DNA from: an uncultured archaeon
GTDB lineage: Archaea; Altiarchaeota; Altiarchaeia; JAFGQM01
Direction of reading: 5' to 3'
Assembly: GCA_964540655.1 (NCBI GenBank)
Contig: CAZINR010000001.1
Location: 5,067-69,066, forward strand
DNA length: 64,000 bases
The position numbers and the translations under genes are program-made. Shown piece after piece: positions 44,236 to 54,393 of the stretch. Below the pieces are notes generated by a model. That model was not told the origin of the DNA and did no database searches. It saw only the letters and a program-made list of their open reading frames with translations. Each line of letters starts with the position of its first letter. Positions within the stretch are counted from its first letter, which is position 1.

Positions 44236-47200
44236 ATGACGCAGCTCATCATCGCCGAGAAGCCGAGCGTGGCAGGCAAGATAGCCAACGCCATAGGCCG
44301 CGCGCACAAGAAGAGCCGCAACGGAGCGCCCTACTACGAGGTGGATGCCCCCGACGGCAAGGCGATAGTCGCCCCCGCGGTCGGGCATGTCTACACGTTA
44401 CAGGAGACGCAAAACAAGAAGTGGAACCTTGAGTATCCGGTCTTCGACATCCAGTGGGTGCCCATCTACCAGGCGGAGAAGGGCGCTTCATACACGAAAT
44501 CCTATGTCAGCAACATCAAAGAGCTGTGCAAGGAGGCCGACTCTTATGTCAACGCGTGCGACTATGATGTCGAGGGCAGCGTTATCGGATACAATGTCCT
44601 CAAGCACGCCTGCGGCGCAGACCCGGAGAAAGACAAGATTAAACGAATGCACTTCTCGACCGTGACCACGCCCGACCTGGTCAGGGCCTACAACGAGATG
44701 GAGGAGTTCGACGACGGCCAGACCCAGGCCGGCCTGACCCGCCATGTCCTGGACTGGTACTACGGCATAAACCTCTCCCGCGCGCTCATCTCCGCCCTGC
44801 GCTCCACCCGCACCAGGGGGACCCTGAGCATAGGCAGGGTGCAGGGCCCCGCGCTGAAGCTGATAGTCGACAAGGAGCGCGAGATAAGGGCTTTCGTGCC
44901 AGAGCCGTATTGGGTGATAAGCGCTCTCCTAAACAAGGACAAGGATTTTGAGGCCGTCCATGTCAAGGAGAAGTTCGAGAAAGAGGAAGAGGCCAAGGCA
45001 GCGTATGAGAAGGTCAAGGGGCAGAAGACCGGCACGGTCAAGAGCGTCGACCGGAAGAAATACAAGCAGCCTCCTCCCAACCCCTTCGATCTGACGTCGC
45101 TGCAGGTGGAGGCACACCGCCATCACCGCATAGCTCCCAAGCAGACTCTGGAGATTGGCCAGACCCTATACGAGAGAGGATACATCTCATATCCGAGGAC
45201 ATCCTCGCAGCAGCTGCCGCCGAGCATCGGTTACAAAAAGATACTGGACAAGATAGCGCAGCAGTCCGAATACTCCGAGGGCGCGGAAAAACTGCTCTCC
45301 AAGCCTTCGCTGCGGCCGAACAACGGCAAGAAGAAGGACCCGGCGCACCCGGCCATCTATCCGACCGGCGAGGTCCCGAAGGGAATCGCCGACCGTGAGA
45401 AGAGGGTCTACGACTTAATAGTCCGCAGGTTCATGGCCACCTTCGGAGAGTGGGCGGTGAGGGAGAGCATGAAGGCGATAATCGACATCAACACCGAAGA
45501 CTTCAAGGCCGAGGGCAAGCGCACCGTGGAGAAGAACTGGCACGAGCTCTACGGCAAGTACGCCAAGTTCGACGAGGTGATGCTGCCCGATTTGAAGGAG
45601 GGCGAATCCGTAGACATCAAGAAGCTCGGACTCGACAAGAAGATGACCCAGCCGCCGAAGCGCTACACCGAGTCGTCCATAATCAGCGAGCTGGAGAAGA
45701 GGAACCTGGGCACAAAGTGCGCAGAGTATGGCACGGAAATCTATATCAAAAGAAACGGCAAAATTAGTAAGGTCCCCATAGGAAAGTTTGTTGATAAACA
45801 ACTTAAATCGGGCCTGAACTCAAAAGAAATAAAAAAAGGGACCCATACCCTATGCTGCGATATTAAAAATCATAGAATGGTATGGAAACCCATCAGTTCA
45901 GTCAGTAGGAGACCTGTTGAGGAGAATGAGCTCAAAGAAGTAATGGCAGCAGGGTCCTCAATAAAACTTACAAATGAGCATCCCGTTGCAATCTTAAAGG
46001 AGAATGCGATTAAATTCAAAGAAGTAAAAAAACTTAAGATAGGGGATAACTTAATTCGGGCAAGACCTATACGATGGGATCCTAAATCCAGAGTAATCGC
46101 AAATATGATTGGCGATGGAAGCATCTCTATAAGAAAAGATATCCATGAAAAGACCCCGGACATGCGTTATCACAATAAAGAGCTGGCCCTTATCGACGTT
46201 TTTTCATCCGCTGCCAATATTGCCTTTTGCGCCGGGGCCATTAAGAGAAAGGCTTCAAGAGGTAGATACTATGTTGCCTTGCCCTTGGCTGCAGGCAGAA
46301 AAATTCTGCAACAGTATCCGGAAATTGAAAAAGGGGAGTTTCCTGAGTCGATTGATAAACCTACTGCAATAGGAGCCTTTTTTGATGACGAAGGTTGTGT
46401 TTATTTAGAGCAAATAAAAGAATATGGCAACATTCAGTCCTCGGGGGTGCCCAAGATAAAGATGGCACAAAAGATCAGAGGACCCCTGGACCAGATTTCC
46501 CTATGGTTGCGTGATTTGGGCATATCATCTAAGGTTTACAAAACCAATGTTAATTATCGTGGCTCTAAACGGGAATGCTATGAGCTATGGGTGCGCGGCA
46601 GGAAGAATCTTGAAAGATTTATGCGGAACATCCCCTTTTTCCATCCAAGAAAGTTTGAGAAACTTATGCTCGGCCTGTCCAGATATCCATCGGTTTTGAA
46701 GAAAGCCCGGATTTACAGGAATATAGATCTACAGGGCAACACACATGACAGCGATTTAAGCAAATCTCTGGGATTATCCCTAACTCACACTAGGGCCTTA
46801 TGCCGGGAATTGGAAGAAGACGGCCTAATAAAAATAACGAGAAAGCCAAATCTTAAGAGGCGAAGCGCCAATAACTCACTATGCCTTACTGTCTCTTTAC
46901 CTTACTTTGACACCTTCTATTCAAGACTTGGCGATATTTGTCTAAGTTCGAAAATGACTGCGGTCCCAGTATCCGGAATAAGGCCGGCATGGTCTACCCA
47001 TAAATTTGTGTACGATATAACCGTGGATTCGGAAACTCCAAATTACTTTGCGGGACATTGTGGCCTTCTAATACACAACTCCACTCGCGCGACCGTCATA
47101 GACACGCTGTTCAAGCGCAATTACATAATCGGCAAGTCCATAGAGGCGACCGACCTGGGGGTAAAGACGGTCGAGACCCTGGAGAAGCACAGCCCGGAGA

Positions 47201-47664
47201 TTCTGGATGAGGAGCTGACCCGCAGTTTCGAGGAGGAGATGGACGAGCTGATGGGGGGGAAGAAGACTGGCGAGGAGGTTGAAGCCAAGAACCGACACGT
47301 CTTGCTGAAGGTGCTGGAGAAATTCAAGAAGGAGGAGAAAGAGATAGGCGAAGAGCTGAGGAGCGCTCTCTTCAAGGCACAAGAGGAGAAGGCGGAGAGC
47401 GACGCGCTCGGCAAGTGTCCCGTTTGTAAAGAGGGATTGCTCGTCATCAGGAGGAACCCCAAGACCAAGAAGCGCTTCCTGGGCTGCAGCAACTATCCAA
47501 AATGCACCGAGACGCAGCCCCTCCCGCAGAAGGGATCTGTCAAGCCGGCCAAGAAGGACTGCCCGACCTGCGGCTACCCGATGGCCAACGTCTGGAGCAG
47601 AGGCAAGAAGGCCCCTTGGGTCATATGCACGAACATCAACTGCCCGAGCAAGAAGAAAAAGTAA
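44236..47664 (+). CDS. topA: DNA topoisomerase I (type IA) interrupted by an intein; C-terminal zinc ribbons
   Basis: Toprim N-terminus (LIIAEKPSVAGKIA), active-site GYISYPRTSS, C-terminal CPVCK...CSNYPKC and CPTCG...CTNINC ribbons. Mature protein would be about 688 aa. Confidence 0.85.
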   Translation: MTQLIIAEKPSVAGKIANAIGRAHKKSRNGAPYYEVDAPDGKAIVAPAVGHVYTLQETQNKKWNLEYPVFDIQWVPIYQAEKGASYTKSYVSNIKELCKEADSYVNACDYDVEGSVIGYNVLKHACGADPEKDKIKRMHFSTVTTPDLVRAYNEMEEFDDGQTQAGLTRHVLDWYYGINLSRALISALRSTRTRGTLSIGRVQGPALKLIVDKEREIRAFVPEPYWVISALLNKDKDFEAVHVKEKFEKEEEAKAAYEKVKGQKTGTVKSVDRKKYKQPPPNPFDLTSLQVEAHRHHRIAPKQTLEIGQTLYERGYISYPRTSSQQLPPSIGYKKILDKIAQQSEYSEGAEKLLSKPSLRPNNGKKKDPAHPAIYPTGEVPKGIADREKRVYDLIVRRFMATFGEWAVRESMKAIIDINTEDFKAEGKRTVEKNWHELYGKYAKFDEVMLPDLKEGESVDIKKLGLDKKMTQPPKRYTESSIISELEKRNLGTKCAEYGTEIYIKRNGKISKVPIGKFVDKQLKSGLNSKEIKKGTHTLCCDIKNHRMVWKPISSVSRRPVEENELKEVMAAGSSIKLTNEHPVAILKENAIKFKEVKKLKIGDNLIRARPIRWDPKSRVIANMIGDGSISIRKDIHEKTPDMRYHNKELALIDVFSSAANIAFCAGAIKRKASRGRYYVALPLAAGRKILQQYPEIEKGEFPESIDKPTAIGAFFDDEGCVYLEQIKEYGNIQSSGVPKIKMAQKIRGPLDQISLWLRDLGISSKVYKTNVNYRGSKRECYELWVRGRKNLERFMRNIPFFHPRKFEKLMLGLSRYPSVLKKARIYRNIDLQGNTHDSDLSKSLGLSLTHTRALCRELEEDGLIKITRKPNLKRRSANNSLCLTVSLPYFDTFYSRLGDICLSSKMTAVPVSGIRPAWSTHKFVYDITVDSETPNYFAGHCGLLIHNSTRATVIDTLFKRNYIIGKSIEATDLGVKTVETLEKHSPEILDEELTRSFEEEMDELMGGKKTGEEVEAKNRHVLLKVLEKFKKEEKEIGEELRSALFKAQEEKAESDALGKCPVCKEGLLVIRRNPKTKKRFLGCSNYPKCTETQPLPQKGSVKPAKKDCPTCGYPMANVWSRGKKAPWVICTNINCPSKKKK
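45718..47079 (+). mobile_element. Intein (454 aa) with LAGLIDADG homing-endonuclease domain in topA
   Basis: Begins with Cys after LGTK and ends HN before STRATVI. Block B TNEHP, LAGLIDADG-like VIANMIGDGSI and AIGAFFDDEGCVY, terminal VYDITVDS...GLLIHN. AT-rich internal segment. Removal restores an LGTK-STRATVI motif like E. coli GIGRPSTYASI. Confidence 0.8.
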
Positions 47665-47693
47665 TTTTTTACCGAAGCGCGTCTAATATCGCG

Positions 47694-48179
47694 ATGGACG
47701 AGAAACTTCTTCTGGAGATACTGCAGAAGGACGCCAGGATATCGGACGGCAGCTTGGCCAAGATGCTGAACGCCTCCGAGAGTGATGTAAAAGAGAAGAT
47801 AAAAGAGCTCCGGAGCAAGGGAATCATAAAAGGGTTCAGGACATATGTCGACTGGGAGATGGCCGGAGAGGAATTCGTCACCGCCTACATAGATGTCAAG
47901 GTCACGCCGGAGGCGAGGACCGGGTTCTCCGAGCTGGGGGAGCAGCTTGCCTCCAATGAGAAGGTGGAGGAGGTAATCGTGGCGTCTGGAGAATACGACC
48001 TGATGGTGAAGATAAAGGCCCACGACATAAAGGATGTGAGCAACTTCGTGACCGAGGTGCTCGCACCCAAGAAGGAGGTCACCGGCACATACACCCATTT
48101 CGTCCTCAAGAAGTTCAAGGAGAACGGCGTCGTCCTGGCCGACGGCGCCAAGGACAAGAAACTCGTCATATCCGCCTGA
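47694..48179 (+). CDS. lrp: Lrp/AsnC family transcriptional regulator
   Basis: 161 aa; N-terminal HTH (LLLEILQKDARISDGSLAKMLNASESDVKEKIKEL) plus a RAM domain. Confidence 0.8.
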   Translation: MDEKLLLEILQKDARISDGSLAKMLNASESDVKEKIKELRSKGIIKGFRTYVDWEMAGEEFVTAYIDVKVTPEARTGFSELGEQLASNEKVEEVIVASGEYDLMVKIKAHDIKDVSNFVTEVLAPKKEVTGTYTHFVLKKFKENGVVLADGAKDKKLVISA

Positions 48180-48183
48180 TTCT

Positions 48184-49323
48184 ATGGTCTCCGAACGCGT
48201 CAGGGATGTGCCCCCCTCCGGAATCAGAAGGTTCTTTGACCTAGCCTCGCAGGAGAAGGACATAGTCACACTGGGTGTGGGAGAGCCGGACTTCGACACG
48301 CCCTACCGTATAAAAGACAAGGGTCTGGAGGCGATAGAGCTGAACCGCACGCACTACACCGGCAACGCCGGCCTGCCCGAGCTCAGGGAGAAGGTGGCGG
48401 AAAAGCTCAAGAAGGAGAACCTCGTCGATGTGACCGAGAAGGACGTCCTGATAACCGCCGGCTCCAGCGAGGGCCTGGACCTCGCGCTGCGGGCGATTCT
48501 CAATCCGGGCGACGAAGTCCTGATACCGGACCCGGCGTATGTCGCATACGGCCCCCTCACCCAATTGGCCGGCGGAAAGCCGGTCATGGTTCCGACGAAA
48601 GAGGAGCACGATTTCAGGGTGAGGGTCTCGGATCTAAGGAAGAGCCTCACTAACAAGACCCGGGCTATATTGTTCTGCTCCCCCAACAATCCCACAGGTG
48701 CCGTCCTCAATAAAAAGGACCTGCAGGAGATAGCGGACTTCGCGATAAAGAACAAGCTTACAGTCATCTCAGACGAGATATACGAGAAGCTCATCTACGG
48801 AGAGAAGCACGTGTCCATAGCGTCCCTGCCGGGTATGGCTGAGAAGACGATAACCCTCAACGGCTTCTCGAAAGCATATGCGTCCACCGGATGGCGGGTC
48901 GGGTATGTCGCCGCAAAGGGAGAGCTCATGAAGGCGATGTTCAAGATACACCAGTACTGCATGCTGTGCGCGCCTACGCCGTCGCAGTACGCCATGCTGG
49001 CCGCGTTCGACGAAAAAGACGGCGTCAAGAGCATGGTGAAGATGTACGATGCGCGCAGGCGGCTGCTGGTCGACGGCCTCAACGAGATACAAGGCATAAA
49101 GTGCCATATGCCGAAGGGAGCATTCTATGCCTTCCCCAACATAACCGGGACCGGGTTGAGCTCCGAAGAGTTCGCCGAGAAGCTGATAACAGAGGCGAAG
49201 GTTGCAGTGGTTCCCGGCAGCGTATTCGGCCCCGCCGGCGAAGGGCATGTACGCTGCTCTTATTCCGTCTCCACCGGCGAGATAACCGAAGCCTTGGAGA
49301 GGATTTCCAAACTGTTCTCCTGA
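48184..49323 (+). CDS. Class I/II aminotransferase (aspartate/aromatic aminotransferase-like)
   Basis: 379 aa; GEPDFDTP, NNPTG and SKAYA (PLP lysine) motifs. Confidence 0.8.
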   Translation: MVSERVRDVPPSGIRRFFDLASQEKDIVTLGVGEPDFDTPYRIKDKGLEAIELNRTHYTGNAGLPELREKVAEKLKKENLVDVTEKDVLITAGSSEGLDLALRAILNPGDEVLIPDPAYVAYGPLTQLAGGKPVMVPTKEEHDFRVRVSDLRKSLTNKTRAILFCSPNNPTGAVLNKKDLQEIADFAIKNKLTVISDEIYEKLIYGEKHVSIASLPGMAEKTITLNGFSKAYASTGWRVGYVAAKGELMKAMFKIHQYCMLCAPTPSQYAMLAAFDEKDGVKSMVKMYDARRRLLVDGLNEIQGIKCHMPKGAFYAFPNITGTGLSSEEFAEKLITEAKVAVVPGSVFGPAGEGHVRCSYSVSTGEITEALERISKLFS

Positions 49324-49325
49324 CT

Positions 49326-50015
49326 ATGGAATTCATCCAAGACGAACCGGCTCTCCTCATAAACAAAGATCTTGTCGTCGCCGACCTGCACAACGGCATA
49401 GAGTTCGAGATGGAGCGAAGGGGCGCCGCCATGCCGAGCCAGACCAAAAGGAAGCTTGAGAGGCTCAAGGGTATAATCAAGGACACCGGACCGGACAAAC
49501 TTATAATACTGGGAGACCTCAAGCACAACGTCCCCGTGACGTCTTACCAGGAGAAGCTGGAGGTGCCCTTCTTTCTGAGGGAGCTGCAAGGGCTAGTCTC
49601 CAAGATCGTCATAACCAAGGGCAACCACGACGGCAGCATAGAGCGGCTGGTCCCGCCGAGCGTTTTGGTGACGGACGAATTCATCGAAGACGGTGTGGGG
49701 TATTTCCACGGGCACAAGAAGCCCAGCGAGGAGCTTCTCTCCCAGGAGCTCATAGTCTGCGCCCACACCCATCCATCGATTCTCCTCAAAGACATCCGCG
49801 CCAACATACAGCAGGCTTGGATTGAGACGAAGGTCAAGGGTTCTGATACCAAGGTCCTCGTTGTCCCTGCCTTCGATGACTCCACCCGCGGCTCCGCGGT
49901 CAACAACACCGAGCCGTTGGGCCCCTTTCTGAAGCGCATGATAGATTTGGACAGCGCGGACATCTATCTCCTGGACGGCAGCTACCTGGGAAGCCTCGAC
50001 GAGCTGAGGGTTTAA
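49326..50015 (+). CDS. Metallophosphoesterase (MPE) partner of Lhr helicase
   Basis: Start MEFIQDE (ATG 49326); calcineurin-like motifs GDLKHN, GNHD, GHKK, CAHTHP; immediately upstream of lhr. Confidence 0.7.
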   Translation: MEFIQDEPALLINKDLVVADLHNGIEFEMERRGAAMPSQTKRKLERLKGIIKDTGPDKLIILGDLKHNVPVTSYQEKLEVPFFLRELQGLVSKIVITKGNHDGSIERLVPPSVLVTDEFIEDGVGYFHGHKKPSEELLSQELIVCAHTHPSILLKDIRANIQQAWIETKVKGSDTKVLVVPAFDDSTRGSAVNNTEPLGPFLKRMIDLDSADIYLLDGSYLGSLDELRV

Positions 50016-50076
50016 ACTCTTCTTTTTAAGCGCCCAACCTCAATCTGAGTTTCGCGAACGTTGGGGAGAATAGTAT

Positions 50077-52878
50077 ATGACTAAGCTGCTTAGCCGTTTC
50101 AGCCCCGAGATGCGGGATTTGATAAAGGCCAACTTCAAGGATTTCACCCAGATACAGAAGCAGGCCATGCCCTCGATACTCGGCGGCAGGAACACCCTGG
50201 TCATAGCCCCGACCGGGAGCGGGAAGACCGAGGCGGCCTTCCTGCCGGTGATGAACGAGCTGGCTGGAGCGGCTGATGGCAAGAGCGCAAAGGGCAAGAG
50301 CGCTAAAGGTATTGTGGCTCTGTACATCGCCCCTCTCCGCTCCCTCAACCGGGACATGCTCAGGCGCATGGGGGACTGGTGCGAGTCTCTCGGCTGCCGT
50401 GTGGAGGTGAGGCACGGCGACACCACCCAGTACCAGCGCAGCAAGCAACGAACCAACCCTCCGCAGATGCTGATAACCACCCCCGAGACCCTGCAGGCCA
50501 TACTGCCGGCAAAGATAATGAGGAAGCATCTCCAGTCCGTGAGATATGTCATAATCGACGAGGTCCACGAGCTGGTCTCCGACAAGCGGGGGACCCAGCT
50601 GGCCGTGGCCCTGGAGCGGCTCCGGAATGCCTGCGGCAAGTTCCAGACGATCGGCCTCTCCGCGACCGTGGGGACTCCTAAGCTTGTGGCTGACTACTAT
50701 GGGCTGGATGAGATCGTCATAGACAAGAGCTTCAAGGGGTTGCAGCTCAAAGTGGAGAAGCCGGAGGGCGTGGTTGCGCGCATAGGGCAGCTCACCGGCA
50801 AGAAGCCGACTTTGATATTCACCAACACCCGGGTCGCAACCGAGCTCCTGACCAAGCAGCTGCGGGCAGTGAAGGACGTGGGCATACACCATTCCTCCCT
50901 CTCAAAAGAGGAGCGCATCGAGACGGAGCGGCAGCTCAAGGAAGGCGAGCTCAAGACGCTCGTTTGCACGTCAAGCATGGAGCTGGGCATAGACGTGGGG
51001 GAGATCGAGCAGGTCATACAGCTCAACTCGCCCCGCCAGGTCGCGCGCCTGATACAGAGGGTAGGCCGGAGCGGACATGCCGAGCACAGGATATCCAGGG
51101 GGACGGTCATGGCCACGGACTTCGACGACATATTGGAAGCGTCCGTCATAGCCAAGCACGCACTCAAGTCGGAGATAGAGGAGACCGACTGCTTTGAGGG
51201 CTCTCTGGACATACTCGCACATCAGATAGTGGGTCTTGCCCTGGACTACGGCGACATATCCATGAAGGACGCCTATCTGATAATCAAGCGAGCGTACCCA
51301 TACCGCAAGCTCACGCGGGAGCAGTTCGACAGGGCTGTGGACGTGCTCAAGCGCCTGCGGCTGGTCGGCTGGAGGGAAGACCACCTAAACAGAAAGCGCA
51401 GCTCCCTCTTCTACTATTATGCGAACCTTTCGACCATACCTACGTACAACCGCTATACCGTCATAGACCTAGCTTCGCACAAGCCGGTAGGGGTCCTGGA
51501 CGAGGAGTATATAGTGGATTGCTACGTCAACTCGCTGTTCATCCTCAAGGGCGAGGCCTGGAGGATAGTGGACTTCAGGGACAGGCGAGTCATGGTGGTC
51601 CCGGTGAGCGAGATCGGCGCCGACACGCCGATATGGGTTGGCGAGGACATACCCGTTCCCTACGAGGTGGCGCAGGAGGTGGGGCGGATAAGGAGGAGGA
51701 TGTCCGCACTTCTGTCAAAAGGGAAGGGTCGGAAGGCGATAGCCAAAGAGCTGGACCTGCCCCTCGACTCCAAAGGTTTGTCTGCGGCCTTGGGGGCTAT
51801 AGAGAAGCAGAGGAAACAGGGAGCTGTCCCCACTGACAAAAAGATAACCGTCGAGAAGTTCATCGAGCGCTATCACCAGATAGTAATCAACACCTGCTTC
51901 GGGACGAAGGTCAACGACGCCATCAGCCGCATACTCGCTTCCATGCTGAGCAGCCAGTACGGTGAGACGGTCGGCGTCAGGGTGGACCCCTACCGCATAG
52001 TCCTTACCGGCATGGTGCTTGAGGAAAAAGACGTCGTGGACGTGCTGAAGAGCCTCAACCCGGAAAGCGCCAGGCAGATTTTGGAGAAGACGGTCTCACA
52101 GACCAACCTCTTCCGCTTCTCGTTCGTCCACGTCGGAAAGAGATTCGGCGTCTTCAAGGAGGGCACCAACTTCCGGGAAATAAACATCAAACGCGTCATC
52201 GACGCATATAAAGACACGGCAGTCTATCAGGAGACGCTCAACGAACTGTTCAAGAAGTACTTCGACCTGGAGAACTCAAAGCGCGCGCTGGAGAGGATAA
52301 AGAGCGGGGAAATCAAGATAGCGACCCAGCCCCTCAGCACCTTGTCCCAGTTCGGACTGGAGCAGTTCAAGGACGCCGTCTTGGCGGAGACGCCGGAGAG
52401 GGCCATAATCGAGACGGTCAAGAAGCGGCTGATGAACCGCAAGGTCAATCTGGTCTGTCTGAACTGCGGAGAGGTCATGCGTCATCGTACAATCAGCAAG
52501 CTGGACTATCCCCTGAACTGCCCGGTCTGCGACTCCTGGATGGTATCGTACATGGGGAAGACGGAAGAGGAGCTGAGCAGGATAGTCAGGATGCAGAAGA
52601 GGGGCGACGAGCTGACCAAGGACGAACAGCGCTTCCTCAAGCGGGCCAGACAGTCGGCCGGGCTGGTGCATTCCTACGAGGCAAGGGCTCTGATAGCCCT
52701 CAATGCGCGCGGGGTGGGCCCTAGGACTGCAAGCCGCATACTGGATCTGAACCTCTACGACGACGAGTTCTACAAGGAGATACTGCGCGCGGAGAGGGAG
52801 TTCATCCGGACCAGCCGATTCTGGAAGGGGAAGAAGAAGCAGTGGAAGAAGGGCGGCCGGAAAAAGTCGAAAGGATGA
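50077..52878 (+). CDS. lhr: Lhr-family large ATP-dependent DEAH-like helicase
   Basis: 933 aa; Walker A APTGSGKT, DEVHE box, SAT (LSATVGT), Lhr-type C-terminal domains, Lys-rich tail. Confidence 0.8.
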   Translation: MTKLLSRFSPEMRDLIKANFKDFTQIQKQAMPSILGGRNTLVIAPTGSGKTEAAFLPVMNELAGAADGKSAKGKSAKGIVALYIAPLRSLNRDMLRRMGDWCESLGCRVEVRHGDTTQYQRSKQRTNPPQMLITTPETLQAILPAKIMRKHLQSVRYVIIDEVHELVSDKRGTQLAVALERLRNACGKFQTIGLSATVGTPKLVADYYGLDEIVIDKSFKGLQLKVEKPEGVVARIGQLTGKKPTLIFTNTRVATELLTKQLRAVKDVGIHHSSLSKEERIETERQLKEGELKTLVCTSSMELGIDVGEIEQVIQLNSPRQVARLIQRVGRSGHAEHRISRGTVMATDFDDILEASVIAKHALKSEIEETDCFEGSLDILAHQIVGLALDYGDISMKDAYLIIKRAYPYRKLTREQFDRAVDVLKRLRLVGWREDHLNRKRSSLFYYYANLSTIPTYNRYTVIDLASHKPVGVLDEEYIVDCYVNSLFILKGEAWRIVDFRDRRVMVVPVSEIGADTPIWVGEDIPVPYEVAQEVGRIRRRMSALLSKGKGRKAIAKELDLPLDSKGLSAALGAIEKQRKQGAVPTDKKITVEKFIERYHQIVINTCFGTKVNDAISRILASMLSSQYGETVGVRVDPYRIVLTGMVLEEKDVVDVLKSLNPESARQILEKTVSQTNLFRFSFVHVGKRFGVFKEGTNFREINIKRVIDAYKDTAVYQETLNELFKKYFDLENSKRALERIKSGEIKIATQPLSTLSQFGLEQFKDAVLAETPERAIIETVKKRLMNRKVNLVCLNCGEVMRHRTISKLDYPLNCPVCDSWMVSYMGKTEEELSRIVRMQKRGDELTKDEQRFLKRARQSAGLVHSYEARALIALNARGVGPRTASRILDLNLYDDEFYKEILRAEREFIRTSRFWKGKKKQWKKGGRKKSKG

Positions 52879-52907
52879 TTTTAGTTGCCTGCGGATAGAA
52901 TTAAGCG

Positions 52908-53291
52908 ATGACCATGCTGCTGCTGGCCGACACGGTTCCCGGATTTGAGAAGACGGTCCATGAAGTCGAGGCGATGTGCCATGAAGCCGGCCTGGGGCTG
53001 ATGATACATCACGAGGGCGAGGACCTGGACGACATACTCGACCACGCGCGCATCAAGGCGGTCGTGTTCTCTCCTCAAGGAGAGCTGACTCTGGACGAGA
53101 TGGTCGAGAAGTACGGGCGGGACGTCCTGCTCGTGGTGGGCGGATTCACCGAGGAGCGCGACTTCAAGAGCGACGTGTATGCGCGCGCGGATGCGACCGT
53201 CTCGCTGGGGGGCGATTTTTTACCAATCCCCGAAGTAATTAAGAGGATAATCCAAGCCTATGAGAAGAAAGCAGAAAGAGCAGGCGATTGA
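52908..53291 (+). CDS. Hypothetical protein (127 aa), overlaps the rpp21 start
   Basis: No confident family. The VLLVVGGFTEE segment is faintly reminiscent of SPOUT/RlmH-like folds. 32-nt overlap with the Rpp21 gene. Confidence 0.35.
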   Translation: MTMLLLADTVPGFEKTVHEVEAMCHEAGLGLMIHHEGEDLDDILDHARIKAVVFSPQGELTLDEMVEKYGRDVLLVVGGFTEERDFKSDVYARADATVSLGGDFLPIPEVIKRIIQAYEKKAERAGD

Positions 53292-53568
53292 GATAGCCCA
53301 GGAGAGGGTCGACAGACTCTTCGAGATGGCCGAGAAGGCGGCGGCAGAGGGAGATTTCCAGAGCGCCGACCGCTACGTCGAGATGGCCTGGGGCATCAAG
53401 CAGAAGTTCCGCATAAAGCTGAACGATTATCAGAAACGTCTCTTTTGCAGGAAGTGCCGAAGCTTCCTCGCCGAGGGTGACACCGGCCGCTACAGGACTG
53501 AGGGCGGGATGGCGGTGGTGACCTGTTTGAAATGCGGGAACGTGAGGAGATACCCTCTAAATCCCTAG
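53260..53568 (+). CDS. rnp4: RNase P protein component 4 (Rpp21/Rpr2)
   Basis: 102 aa; helical N-terminus plus zinc ribbon CRKC...CLKCG, characteristic of Rpp21. Confidence 0.7.
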   Translation: MRRKQKEQAIEIAQERVDRLFEMAEKAAAEGDFQSADRYVEMAWGIKQKFRIKLNDYQKRLFCRKCRSFLAEGDTGRYRTEGGMAVVTCLKCGNVRRYPLNP

Positions 53569-54393
53569 GTCCTCTTTCTCCCCGAAGACGGCCGCCGCGC
53601 ACAATGCCATCTGGTAGAACAGTGCGAAGACTAGGGACAGCAGTCCCAGGAAGAGCTTGAGGAGGGTGGTCACCGTGACGGAGTCAAGGTTGAGTATAAG
53701 CGGGGTCGTGAAGATGAGGAGCCCTATGGGTATCATTATTGCCGCCCCCATGCACCCGATGTAGCTGGCGATGACCCGGCCCAGGTTCTTGGACATGAAC
53801 CTGAACGCCTTGAAGATGCTCTCCCCCAGCGGCTCCCCCGCCGCGGCGAAGGGGATTGAGAAGGTGAAGAAAAGGCCGAAGTTTATCATCAGCAGGAGCT
53901 TGAAGCCACCTAAAGAGAATGAGGTTATGAATATCATCAAGAATGCGGCTATCAGACTGAGGACTATGGTGGCCGGGTTTATGCCCTTTAGTGAGGAGCC
54001 CTTTTTATCCTGCCCTATGAGCGAGCTGACCGAACGCGCCACTACGGCGTAGCTGACGAACCCCAGGAAGAGCACGGTGAACACCAGCAGGAAATTGGCC
54101 GAAAGCGGGCTGTTCAGCTCGCTGATGTCGCTGACCTCGGCGATGCCCCCTAGCCGTATTATGGGTATCTGCACGTTGGTCGAGAGCTCGTTGAAGGCGG
54201 TGAGATTAGCGGCGGAGAGGTACATGGTCCCGCCCAGGTATTCGTCCGTCTTCTCGAGCAGGGCAGTGGGTTCTCCAACGCCGCCCATCATGACAAAATA
54301 CGCCATGAGGAAGAGAACGGGTATCGCGGGCACAAGCACCAGCCCTATCCTCTTGCGCGCAATCTTGAACGGGGCCATGAGGAAGGATTCCAT
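53557..54393 (-). CDS. Polytopic membrane protein, hypothetical
   Basis: 278 aa with about 6 hydrophobic helices; convergent with rpp21. Confidence 0.5.
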   Translation of the reverse strand: MESFLMAPFKIARKRIGLVLVPAIPVLFLMAYFVMMGGVGEPTALLEKTDEYLGGTMYLSAANLTAFNELSTNVQIPIIRLGGIAEVSDISELNSPLSANFLLVFTVLFLGFVSYAVVARSVSSLIGQDKKGSSLKGINPATIVLSLIAAFLMIFITSFSLGGFKLLLMINFGLFFTFSIPFAAAGEPLGESIFKAFRFMSKNLGRVIASYIGCMGAAIMIPIGLLIFTTPLILNLDSVTVTTLLKLFLGLLSLVFALFYQMALCAAAVFGEKEDLGI

